Origin: Hyphochytrium catenoides
Lineage: Eukaryota > Protista > Hyphochytriomycota
Assembly: GCA_900088475.1 (NCBI GenBank)
Contig: FLMG01000547.1
Coordinates: forward strand, 1 to 64,000
DNA length: 64,000 bases
Reading direction: 5' to 3'
Part shown: piece after piece, positions 11,750 through 22,610 of the stretch
Position numbering within the stretch: position 1 is the first letter of the stretch
Layout: every line of letters starts with the position of its first letter
The notes under the pieces: generated by a model
What the model saw: only the letters and a program-made list of their open reading frames with translations
Databases searched by the model: none
What the model was told of the DNA's origin: nothing
Made by a program: the position numbers and the translations under genes

Positions 11750-14670
11750 CAACCCCTAACCCCAAATGGTAGAAGGTGCAACACCGTGTAGAAGGGTTCT
11801 TCAGAATAAGAACTTTTGATAAGAAAGCGCTCCCGCGACGGTTCGAATGTTCTACGATCTACGACATTTTTTGACTTCTTACCCTTCTACTCCTCTTTCG
11901 CCCATCTTATTAACTACCAATGGACGATCTTTTTGCCTCCTCTGGCCTTCGCGACCGTGCTTCTTGTTTGGTCTACGGATGGAGAATTGGCAAGTGGAGC
12001 TTGTTCCTTTCGTCTTTCTCCTTCTTGTTCTAGAGGAACTTTTTGGTATGTCTAACCGGTACAACCTGCGTCTCTTTGTCTATGACGCAAGATCACATGA
12101 CGAATTCCAGTGGTTGAGGAAGTCAGGTTCTTTCCTTTCGAGGTCGTCATTCCCCATGGGTTCCTTGACCGTAATCTCAATGTTCAATTATGGCCGCCAT
12201 ACATTTTCCCAATGGAGCACAGCTGCCGTAACCGCATTACTCCGTATAAGCAGCCGGTGGTACTTGTGCGCAGACACTTCCCCTCACCATTAACTTCAGC
12301 TGTTGGTGTCTAAGAGAATAGCCAAAAAAGGACGAAAAAGTGAACGAACGGATAGAACTAGCACAGAGAAGCAGAAGCCGAAAGTTGAGGTACGAGGCAG
12401 TAGTTCTGTCCCTTCAACTCTCCCTAAAAGGTTCCCTTCTTATTCTTGCAGCGTCACAAGCGATCAGTAGTCCCCTCCGAGAGTAAAGCTGTAGAACATA
12501 ACGATAAATAAGCAGGAGTGGAAATAACCCTGGACCCCAGCCCTTCTCCCCTCGTCTTCAACATTGTCTCGGTTGTCCTACGTGCGGCCGCAGTAGAAGA
12601 GTTTCTTCTAGCAATACTTTCAAGAAAACATACGAGTTCAACAATCATGATCTAGAACTACAATAGTCTGAGAATAATGAAAGGGGCAAAGCACTTCCTC
12701 TACCTTATTATCCTCGAGAGTAAAAGGTCAGACAGATTCTGGCCAGGTTGAAGGTAGTAGGTCAGCCAGTAGTTCTACGATGATAGTAGTTCGCAAATCA
12801 ACAAAAAGATGATGAGTTTTTTGGATGAGGTTCGGACCGCCTGTCCTCCGTCTTCCTTGGCCCCATCCCGGGCTGCTAGTGACCCTACCGCCACGGTAGT
12901 CTCTCCTATCTTGACCAACGTCCAACAAGCGTCCAAGCTGATTGAAGAAAGTTGGTTTGCAAATGAAGCTGTGGCCGCCCTCCGGTTGTCAGACGGCACC
13001 GCTACTCTCTGCGGGGATCCTCAGAGCCAAGCACCCCGAGGATGCTGCCCTTCCTCAATTATCCTGAGGATCTTTTCTGTCTTGCCTTTCTTGCCATCGC
13101 CCTTATCATCTTCTCTCGACGACGATGCTTTCTCTTCGTCATTCTCATCGTTAATCTCTTCCTTCCCTCCTGGGTCAGGTTCTGGCGCATCTCACCCTGC
13201 GGATTCAGCACCTGACAGACCTCTGCCTCTTCACACACCCTCTACCAGTCCGAAACGCCTTATGTCTTTCTCTTTCTGCTTGTGCCGCTAGTTCGGAGTC
13301 CCTTTGGTCGAGTTATGGCCTGTGTCGTGAAATCTGTGGAACAAGTTGTCATGCTTCGTTGTGATTGTGCAGCTCTTGATGCTTCTAGTCATCATGGTCA
13401 TTGGTCTCGCCTGGGGATGTCTTTACAAAGTCATTCCATCGTCTCTTTGACAATCCACGAGGAAAATGGGCTTCAGACTCTGCAGCGTATTTCCTCTTCG
13501 CTTGCCTGCTTGATTTGGTTGAATATGACGATGACAACACCGTCAACCATCCATCTCTTCTCCTCCTTCTTCTCTCCCTGTTAATACGGAGGAAGTCAAC
13601 TTATGATTCTTCCTTTTGTGATAATGAACGTGAAGCGGATAGTGTCGATGAAGAGTCCGTGCTTTGTAGCTCTTCTTGTCTCGTTCTTTCTCTCCTTCTT
13701 CTTTTTCTTCTTTCCCTTCTTCTAATACTTCTCCTCCTTTTTTGTCTTCTCCTTTGTCTTCTCCTTTCTTTCTCTTCTTCTACTTCCGAGGAGTTTCATC
13801 TTCTTATTCTGCGCACTAAAATAGCTTATGCACAAAAAAAAAGCGTAGACAGAGGAAATGTAAAGAAAGAAACCCAATCAGTAGCACTCCTACTGAGTGC
13901 AGATACCCATGAAGTCAGGACTACTCGGATTGCCTCGCTCTAAGGTAGCTTGAGGAGAGCATACCACTAGTGACCCCATCCAGATCGCCCTGCAAAGAGT
14001 GAAACTTGTTCATCGCCCGCAACCGTTGATCCGTGGCGAGGGGAGAAGCAGTCGTCCCGCGGCGAAACTCGTGAGTTTGTAGATCACTTCGTCAAGTCCC
14101 GGTGTCGCGAGGCTACTGGCCGAAACATTCCTTGCGAAGCAATTCCCGTCTCCGCACCCTCGTCTGACTCCGAATTATTAGAAGAACCGTCATTATGAGG
14201 GTCCGCGTCGTCGGCCAAGGTCGGTAGTGCCAGGCCTGTTACAAAGTGCTGCTCTAACTAATACTGCTTTCTGCGGGACAGCAAGCCGCGAGTGCTCATC
14301 ATCATCCGCACAACGGTGCTGCTTCTGAGCTGCAGCAGTTGTTCGAATCCTCCCAACTTGCCTTGGTTATTTTCTTATGTCGCCCCCTTCCCTACCTTCT
14401 TCTCGGCGGGGGCAGACAACACTACTAGGAGGGTGGTCGCCATGGCGAGGACGGACGTTCAACGTGCTGGTCTCTCTCTTGGTCTTGTCCGCGACTAGGA
14501 GATACTTGAGATGCTCAAGCTGGACAGCATGAAGCTGATCTTGAAGACTGCTCAGGATCATAACCAGAGTCGTATCCTGGCTTTCCAATTGAGCCACCTG
14601 ATGCTCCACAACAATCACCGGGGCAGCAGCGCTCGTCATCACTGACTGCGTGTAACCCTAACCCTAAGCC
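11750..14670 (-). pseudogene. Decayed coding sequence / probable transposon relic with an OTU-like motif
   Basis: Protein-like minus-strand frames are repeatedly broken by stops (e.g. ...HWENVWRP*LNIEITVKEP...; KKLIIFLLICELLSS*NYWLTYY). VRRGCGDGNCFARNVS lies at 14168-14121. Confidence 0.35.
14653..14667 (+). repeat. Short interstitial telomere-like (CCCTAA)2.5
   Basis: taaccctaaccctaa; a degenerate aacccctaaccccaa lies at ~11751. Confidence 0.4.
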
Positions 14671-15138
14671 TCCTTCCAGCGTTCATTGGCCATTCGAACA
14701 GCTCTCTGAGCTAGAACTTCTCTCGAACAACGCTTTGCCTTTCGTCTTCCTAGTGCACGGTAGGGTTATGAAGTTAGTCCTCGCACTTCACCCTAAATTG
14801 TTTCTTCTTATTGGAAAAGCGCCATGATGGTCATTAAAAAGTATGCAGCTGTTAACTGTACGGAGAACGCAACGATTCAGAGAGCTCTCGTAACAGCTGA
14901 TTGGTCTCCGTGTTTGTCGTCTTCCTTCCTGAGGTTGCCGAAGTTCTTTCTATAAATGCAGCATACCAGATCCCTCCAAAAGCTTCACGACGAAGCGAGA
15001 AGTTTCTGCTACGAAATTGAGTCTTTCTTTGTTCGTCTATTAGTTAGATTTTACTTTCTTATAACATTTGCTTATGACATCATAGGACACTAAGTGAGAC
15101 TGATAAGACGAAAGTCGGACTGAAAAGGTCACCAGAGC

Positions 15139-16359
15139 TCAGGGACGGCCTCGGCGGACAGATTTGCTCCTCATTGCACGTGAAGCTGAAGCAGATTGCT
15201 TTGGAAGAAACTCTTCAATAAAATGGTGACCGTCATGTTCTCCTGCCAGAACAGCCCAGTCACTCCGCCTGATGAAAGTAGTAGTGCTGGTACAGCTGTT
15301 GTCTATGATGCATAGTGGAGACCTCCCATCGCACGTAGCGTCATTAAGGCAGTCCTCTGCCGAGCCAGTGACCGCTGAAATTTCACTCTTTGACAAGCAT
15401 GTAGAATTCGCTGGCAACTTAGCATCAAGCGGACAACTCGTCGAAGTTCCAGTACACTTTTCTTCAACGTCGCAAAGCCCATATTTGGGGCGGCAGACAG
15501 TCGTTGAAGGTGCTACACGATCCACACAGATTCCGTTGCTGCATTGATCTGGAGCATCGCACAATCTGAAGGCCGGTGCACAGTACTGTCCATCGGTCTT
15601 GGTGAAGTCTTTCGCCGGACAGGCCACTCCAGAACCGGAACACAAGCTCTCCACGTCGCAGTTCGAAGTCTTTGCGGAGCAAACAGTGGTGGGAGGAGCA
15701 ACGCTATCAACAGGACAGTTTGTCGCAGAGCCCGTGCACGTCTCAGCCACATCGCAAGGACCAGCAGGATAACGGCAGACTGTTGTTGCCGGAGCATATA
15801 GGTCTTCAGGACAAGTAGGAGAAGTACCGGAGCAGGTCTCAGCCACATCGCAAGGGCCAACGGAAGGCCGACAGACTGTTCCTCTTGATGTCATAGCGTT
15901 CAGTGGACATACGGTTGAATTCCCCTGGCACACTTCGGGAGAGTCACAGACGCCAGTGGCAGCTCGGCAGATAGTTCCAGCCGACATCATGTGGGCAGAC
16001 GTAAGCGCAGGACACTTAGGACCTGTTCCCGTACAGGTCACAGGCTTCTGGCAGGTAGGACCCTGTGGGGCTTTCCTGCAGATGAGTGTATCTGGCTGGA
16101 AGACATCGCTAGGGCATGTAGGGCCAACCCCATCACAGTATTCTTCTCTGTCACAAATATCGCTAGCTGGGCGGCACATAGTGGTGGCTGGCAGGGGAGA
16201 AAAGCTCTTGGTTCCATTCTGTCCCGCTTGGTAGCCACAGCACACATGGAGAGGGTTTATGGGATCGCACTGGGTGGCCTCTGCTCTAGAAATACCATCC
16301 AAGAACAAAAAGAGGGTACCGCCGGTGAGCAGTGAGCCTAAAAAAGCTGAGGTGCGCAT
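15139..16359 (-). CDS. Secreted tandem disintegrin-repeat Cys-rich protein (406 aa, intronless)
   Basis: Signal peptide MRTSAFLGSLLTGGTLFLFLDGISRAEA, then ~9 repeats of CR....CD..E.C.G....CP.D, the disintegrin-loop pattern of ADAM/snake-venom disintegrins. No HExxH and no TM segment. Confidence 0.9.
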   Translation of the reverse strand: MRTSAFLGSLLTGGTLFLFLDGISRAEATQCDPINPLHVCCGYQAGQNGTKSFSPLPATTMCRPASDICDREEYCDGVGPTCPSDVFQPDTLICRKAPQGPTCQKPVTCTGTGPKCPALTSAHMMSAGTICRAATGVCDSPEVCQGNSTVCPLNAMTSRGTVCRPSVGPCDVAETCSGTSPTCPEDLYAPATTVCRYPAGPCDVAETCTGSATNCPVDSVAPPTTVCSAKTSNCDVESLCSGSGVACPAKDFTKTDGQYCAPAFRLCDAPDQCSNGICVDRVAPSTTVCRPKYGLCDVEEKCTGTSTSCPLDAKLPANSTCLSKSEISAVTGSAEDCLNDATCDGRSPLCIIDNSCTSTTTFIRRSDWAVLAGEHDGHHFIEEFLPKQSASASRAMRSKSVRRGRP

Positions 16360-18736
16360 GATTAGAGCTTGTGTATGCAGCCTTGGCAGAAGTGGGGACG
16401 GCGTGCTGCTGATGGTAGAAGCTTGAAAATGATTCTCCAGACTTTTATAAAGTAAAATGGCTCTGGAAAGCGCTTACCTTTTGACAGAGGCTCGCGTTGG
16501 TGTTACTGTACGAGGAATCTGTCTCCACGATACACCTACCCGAAGGGTCTCCTGTCGCCGTGACGGCTCATAGTTCGTCTTCAGTGAAGGGTCGCCAGTC
16601 CAACCGTTGCTGGTGATCGCAGTCGACGACGATACGATTTTTAGAAGACTCCGTCCAGTAGTCTCTGAGAGAAAGAGGAGAGAGCCTTGGCATTTCTCCA
16701 TGGCCAGACCGCACTTTCTCATCTGCTGGACCCAGGCCCTACAACTTATTACAGTGCTACCTCGGAACCCGCATCACCATATAGAACTATCCTTTCCCTG
16801 TGACCAAACGAAAGAGACTGAACACTGAACACTGAAATGCCAGGACTAATCATGTGCGTACCAGTTGCTTCTCCCTTTCGATCTTTATCTTATCTTAGTC
16901 CATCCTCGCTGTCCCTCTATTCCGAACCAGGTGAGAACGAGTTCCTGCTTGTGAGCAGGGACTGGTGGTAAAACTTCGGCGATGAGCGTGTGTTCTACTT
17001 TGGACAACCCTGCCGTTGACCAGTTCTACACGGAAGAAGACCCCTAAGGATAAACAGACAGCTATGGTCGGTGGATTACTTCCCCAAACATAACGGAAAG
17101 TAATCCTATCAACGCAACCAGGGTGAGTGAGGCTTTAAATCAAAACAGTTCTAGCCAAGAGTCCTGGCCCCGTTCATTGTATATTCGTGTTTCTGGTGAC
17201 TCCACCACATGTTTATTCTGAGAGCATAAACTGCTTTCTCCGTCTTCTAGTATCCAGACTTTGTAGCTCCTTCTTTATTGCACATGATGTCCTCATTTGT
17301 TCTTATTATTACAGGGAACATCGGAAAGAAAACGGTACAAGTGCTCATGAGAAATACTGGACCTAGTTCTACAGGTACGCTACTGTACCGTTAGCTATAA
17401 ATAAGGTTGGGAGTCTGTTCAGGTGGCGAGCTCTCTCTGTCCTAACCTTGTCGCCTCTGCAATCTTCATCGTCTAGGCTTTCGTTCTCTGACTAAATCAA
17501 AGCCATAAAGCAATCTGGCTGTCTATTGATCATGTCGTACGGTATTATTTATAAGGAGCTGGAGGTTGAGGGTTGCTATGCTTCTAATTCATCCTCAAGT
17601 AGATGATGAACGTTGTCTATAGCTGTTCTTGGATCTTCATATGGTACAAGTAGGATGAGCACTTGCATCCCACTTTTGTCGGAAAGCCTGCCAGAATTGC
17701 GATGAGCATGGTGGGCAGTGGAAGTGTTTCTGTTTCAGAAGTAAACTTCAAGAAAAGTCTTCCTCCTCCTCCTTCTTCTCCGCTCATCATTACTGAGGAA
17801 ATCAACTATGATTCTTCTTTTACTGATGATGAGCAGGGAGCAGGTTCGAGCTGGGATGCTGGAAGAGCCTAAGGCTTCTTAGTTTTTCTTTTCTTCGTCT
17901 TCCTCTTCTTCTTCTTCTCTTTCTTCTTCTTCTAGAATTAGTCTGTTAGTAGCGATAGTAGTAGCAATAAACGTAAAAAAACTGAAAAGAAAAGACGTAG
18001 ATCTGCCTCAAACATCTTTCTGCTGGAGCTGCCCCCTGTCCTTTCTTTCTGTGAATGGAGTTTTATAAGAATCGAATTCACCAAAGGGAAACGACACGAA
18101 AGGGATGACCATGCGCAAGCTGGTGCAGTTGTTGCCTTCGAGATTTCTTTCCGTGTTGGAGGAAGAGACAGTACAAGGAACAGAACCATCTTTCAAGCGA
18201 CGCTTCAAGGTAAGAACAGTGAGCCCTATCTCCTCTCAGTATTGTGTTATATAAAGAACTATGTTGGGAAGGCGAAGAAGACATATAAGGCAAGAAGCAC
18301 AACCGCGGGACAAGATGGATGGGAGAGACAATAACAGTCAGCCCTCAAAAGTAACGACGTGACTAACTGCTAAGGTATCTCACAGAAGAAACAGGCGTCC
18401 AGCAAACGTTGGCCACGCAACTGCCGCCGCAACCCTTCAAGGTGGATTCCTGCCAATAGAGGCTTTGTTTTGTCGCGAGACTCTTTTTTTGCTCGCGTTC
18501 GTATCAAAATCCAAGGTGTGTCAAGCTGGGCCGCCGAGTTGCCGAGCTGCCGGACCTTCCTTTTAACAACTACGCTGCACCGGCCAATAGTATGTACCCC
18601 AGGACAACTGTACGATCGTGGGAGATTTGTTCATATTAAATTCTCCCTGATAGTTCTAGCACTACAGAGCCTCCGATATCTGGTGGCGGCGAGAACAATC
18701 ATACTTTGATGACCGATAAGCGTGGTGCACAGCATC

Positions 18737-21700
18737 ATGGCTTCGACATGGTCGACTATCGCAGCTTTTTTCTTTTGCTTTGCCTTGATAATCACCCACG
18801 AAGTGGAGGCGATTAGGGCTGGCCGCCTTTCTATGATGGCCGTCAGAAGTAAGGCGACAAGACCTGCACCAACCACAGCACCTTGCACAAAGGTTCCTGT
18901 GACTACGAAAGCTCCTGTGACCACTACCGCTCCAGTCAAACCCACCCCATATTCGGCCACCACAGCTCCCGTGCCCACTACAGCTCCGGTCAAAATGACA
19001 TCTTACGTGACCACCACCGCTCCAGTAACGACCACAGCTCCGGTCACAACCACAGCTCCCGCGACCACTACAGCTCCCGTCACGACTACAACTCCTGCAA
19101 CAGACACTGCTCCGGTGACGCCCACATCCACAGCTTCCGTGATCACCACGGCTCCGATGACGACCACAGCGCCCATCGCCACTACAAATTCAGAAATACC
19201 CACAGCTCCCGAGACAACGACAGCTCCCGTGACGACCACAGCTGCCGCGACTACTACAGCTCCACAAACATCCAAGACTCCGTTGGCGGCCACAGATGCC
19301 TTAACCACCATCCCTCCACTGACGGCTACCGAGCCAGTAACAACTACGGCTTCTGTGACCACCATAGCTCCCGTGACAACTACAAATACTGCGGTTACTG
19401 CGGGCCCGACAAGCACCGCAACCACTACCACGGCACCTTGCTCGACAAAGGCACCCATCACCACAATAGCTCCCGTGACAACTACAGCTCCGGCGACCAC
19501 CACAGCTCCAGTTACAACCACGGCCTCTCAGTCTACCACAGAATCCCTGGCGACTGCGGCTCCGCTGATCACCACAGCTCCCGTGACCACTACCAATCCA
19601 GAGGCAAACACACTTTCCCACACAACAACGGATTATCAGTCAACCACAGATCCCCTGACGACTGCGGCCCCGGTGACGACGGCAGCTCCCGTGACCACTA
19701 CCAATCCAGAGGCAAACACACCTTCCCAAACAACAACGGATTCTCAATCTACCACGGATCCCCTGACGACGACGGCCCCAGTGACGACCGCAGCTCCCGT
19801 GACAACCACAAGTCCAGAAGTCACCACGGCTCCTCAGACAACAACGACCTCTCAGTCTATCACAGATCCCCAGACGACTGCGGCTCCGGTGACGACCGCA
19901 GCGCCCGTGACGACTACAGGCCCTGTGACAACCAGAGCTCCTGTGATCACTGAGCCTCCCTTGACACCCATCGTGCCTTCCCCTGTCGTTACGAATCTTG
20001 TCAGAAATCCGACTTTTGATTCCACGGACTATTGGTGGATTCATGGCTTGGGCTACAGGCTTTCTAAAGACAAGAGCGGGAACAAGTTTGCCTCGATAGC
20101 TGTTCCACCTTCAGAAGCTAAACGGGGCGACGATTTCGGTCTTTTCACTACCATCACCCTTTCCAACGAGGAGAAGGTCGAACTAATGGGTGATCCCGCT
20201 GCCTCTACCTTCACTGTGGGTGGATACTTTCGCACTGAGCTACTACGGGTTCCACAGGCTGCTTTTGCGGGTATTCAGGTGGATGTTCTCTGGAGTAATC
20301 AAACGAGAACCTATGGCCTTACGCGAAACATCCCTTCTGGCACCTGCCTAAACTGGAACTATTTCTCGATCGTTGTACCTGCAGACGGGGTTGCACCCTC
20401 TACCATTTACATCTGGGTCTATCTTCGCGGCGGGGCCTCTGGGATTATTGATGTTGACAACCTCAGACTTTACAAGGGATCAGTGTCCAGCAACCCTCAA
20501 ATGGCGCCACCCCGTGCTGGTCCTCGCCTGGAACGAATGTCTATCAACGTAGGTGATTCACCCCCAGTTTGTCCCGATGATGCCCTTCAGATGGAGTTTC
20601 TTAAAGGAGCAAATGTCGTTCCAGATGGACAAGTTGTCGATGTCAAAGTCAGTCTTGGTTCTTCGGCTCCGAAGGATAGGAGAATACGAGTCCATCTGCA
20701 AACTACCAATGGCCTAATGCTCAGTGAACGCTTGCTGACCTTTAACGGGCAAGATGACAAAGACTCATACGTTATCAAGCTTCGCTCCCTGAGTGGCCCT
20801 ATCAGCAAGGACAGAGAAGGCATGATAATGACTAATAGCTCTATTATCAAAGGAGACTGCCTTTCCTCTGCCGTCCCATACTGTACCGAGCAAGTCTCTG
20901 TCACGCGACTTCTATCGGGCACTTCCACAGGCGGCGGTGCCGGTGATCCACATCTGAAGTCTCTGGATGGCGTCAACTTTGACTTTCAGGTCCCTGGCTT
21001 TTTCCGTTTGGTAGAGTCAAAGGGCTTACAGGTCCATGTATATCAGGAAAAGTGTGGTCCAATTCAACGCGTCGGGCTAGCGAAAGCGCCAAGTTGCTTC
21101 CAGGGTGTTGCAATTAAGTACGGCCCCTCTGTCGTGCGCCTCATGCTAAACGCCACGGGTCACCTGCTTCTCTCTACTGGGAGTACTCAAAGTGAAGCTC
21201 TGTCGGTGGAGAAGGTGAATGGCGCCGCTCAGGCTTATCGAGTTTTCGTGCAGAGCGACCAGTCAACCTATATTGACGTGAGCACCGGCGCCTGGCTCGT
21301 CCACAAGTATCAGTTAATCAATGTGGCCGTTCAGCTCTCTCCCCATTTCAGAGATTCTAGCCTCACTGGGTTACTGGGAAATTGGAATGGCAACCCTCAC
21401 GACGACATCAGGAATTCTACCATCCTCGCTTCTCTGCACACTGTGCAAGATAGTCTATTCACGTGTATTGATGGGTGCACGGATGTGATCAGCACGGATC
21501 AACTCTCTGAAGATGAGGAGAGCTTCTTCTTCGCGGAAGACGTGCCCCTTCTGCATAAAGGTTACACGAAGGTGACAGGCCTGCCTATGATGCCGCTTTT
21601 CCCTGTAGAAAGGAACTATGGGGCCACACCTGCTCCTCGCTCTCTCCGTGGCCTAGCAGCAGAAAGTAATGGGGAGGGGCAAACTCCCACCAAGGTAGAC

Positions 21701-22117
21701 TGGGAAGCCGCCCGTGAAGTCTGCACCCTGGTCATCGGGGGCATTCCATTGTGTGACAAGTACGTGCCAGACTATGAGACGGAATACATTGATACGCAGT
21801 GTGTTGGCGATATTATGCTGATCGGTGACATTGCCGCGGTCGAGCAATCAAAATTGTCCTATCTTCGAGAGTGCCGTAGAAGGTTGGAGTCTACCATCGT
21901 TTCGAACGTTGACGAAAGTCCTCAAGAGAAGCAGCAGGAAGCTTCAGACGCAGCTGCGCTTACGTTTGGTAAGTCAGTTTGTCCCGGTAATTGTGGTGGA
22001 ACAGAACGCGGCATATGTCTGCCCGCGGGCTGCAGTTGCAAGGGCTTCTTTACAGGGTACAAGTGCGATCAAGACCTTCGCCAGTTAGTATCTGCTGCTG
22101 CCGCTGCTGCTGCATAG
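18737..22117 (+). CDS. Secreted mucin-like protein: PTS repeats + CBM-like domain + VWD (GDPH) + C8-like + EGF (intronless)
   Basis: Signal peptide from MASTWSTIAAFFFCFALII; ~360 aa of (A)PVTTT(A) repeats; NLVRNPTFD...W...IDVDNLRLY (CBM4/9-like jelly roll); GAGDPHLKSLDGVNFDFQ...GLLGNWNGNPHDD (VWD); terminal CPGNC...GIC....CSC...FTG..C (EGF). Confidence 0.9.
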   Translation: MASTWSTIAAFFFCFALIITHEVEAIRAGRLSMMAVRSKATRPAPTTAPCTKVPVTTKAPVTTTAPVKPTPYSATTAPVPTTAPVKMTSYVTTTAPVTTTAPVTTTAPATTTAPVTTTTPATDTAPVTPTSTASVITTAPMTTTAPIATTNSEIPTAPETTTAPVTTTAAATTTAPQTSKTPLAATDALTTIPPLTATEPVTTTASVTTIAPVTTTNTAVTAGPTSTATTTTAPCSTKAPITTIAPVTTTAPATTTAPVTTTASQSTTESLATAAPLITTAPVTTTNPEANTLSHTTTDYQSTTDPLTTAAPVTTAAPVTTTNPEANTPSQTTTDSQSTTDPLTTTAPVTTAAPVTTTSPEVTTAPQTTTTSQSITDPQTTAAPVTTAAPVTTTGPVTTRAPVITEPPLTPIVPSPVVTNLVRNPTFDSTDYWWIHGLGYRLSKDKSGNKFASIAVPPSEAKRGDDFGLFTTITLSNEEKVELMGDPAASTFTVGGYFRTELLRVPQAAFAGIQVDVLWSNQTRTYGLTRNIPSGTCLNWNYFSIVVPADGVAPSTIYIWVYLRGGASGIIDVDNLRLYKGSVSSNPQMAPPRAGPRLERMSINVGDSPPVCPDDALQMEFLKGANVVPDGQVVDVKVSLGSSAPKDRRIRVHLQTTNGLMLSERLLTFNGQDDKDSYVIKLRSLSGPISKDREGMIMTNSSIIKGDCLSSAVPYCTEQVSVTRLLSGTSTGGGAGDPHLKSLDGVNFDFQVPGFFRLVESKGLQVHVYQEKCGPIQRVGLAKAPSCFQGVAIKYGPSVVRLMLNATGHLLLSTGSTQSEALSVEKVNGAAQAYRVFVQSDQSTYIDVSTGAWLVHKYQLINVAVQLSPHFRDSSLTGLLGNWNGNPHDDIRNSTILASLHTVQDSLFTCIDGCTDVISTDQLSEDEESFFFAEDVPLLHKGYTKVTGLPMMPLFPVERNYGATPAPRSLRGLAAESNGEGQTPTKVDWEAAREVCTLVIGGIPLCDKYVPDYETEYIDTQCVGDIMLIGDIAAVEQSKLSYLRECRRRLESTIVSNVDESPQEKQQEASDAAALTFGKSVCPGNCGGTERGICLPAGCSCKGFFTGYKCDQDLRQLVSAAAAAAA
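18870..19960 (+). repeat. Coding minisatellite (18-nt unit, APVTTT) within the mucin gene
   Basis: Repeated gctcc(c/g/a)gtgac(g/c)accaca units, with larger higher-order repeats between ~19520 and ~19920. Confidence 0.9.
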
Positions 22118-22610
22118 TAGCTCCTCGACTTGAACGCGATCCAGCACTGCGCGTGAATTTAGAGATTAGCAGTATGTTCTCGCTATCGCAAAGGAAGGTT
22201 GCACATTATAAATGTTAATCTGAAACTTGTTGCCAGTTTGTCACCATAAGGGCTTGGAGCTTGATATAGGCAAAGAAACGGTTGACGCCTAGGTGCGGCT
22301 GCTGAAGATGACTGTCTGATTCTTTCTACTCCATTGTGACGAAGAGTAGCGGGATCCACCTACTCAATATTCAGGGACGGACATATTTCTTGCAAGGCCA
22401 GATGTAGCTATGGCCTTCATTTCTGTTCATAAGATGATTGCAGCGACTGAGTGAAAGGTCCATTTAACACGCGATTGAGGGTGAGTCTTGCACTCGGCTC
22501 TGCTGAAGTTGCTTGGACCCTGCTGCTCCGGCAGGGATACAGTCATTCTATTATCGTTATCTCTGTGCTATATCAGACGCACATGCCTTTCATTGGTGTG
22601 GACAGTCACT

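Noticed and set aside
16930-17870. Exon-like fragments with splice-like sites
   Set aside because: Frames are broken by stops and no family is recognisable; at most an unidentifiable pseudogene.
18883-20044. His-rich and Val-rich overlapping ORFs
   Set aside because: They are shadow frames of the mucin repeat.
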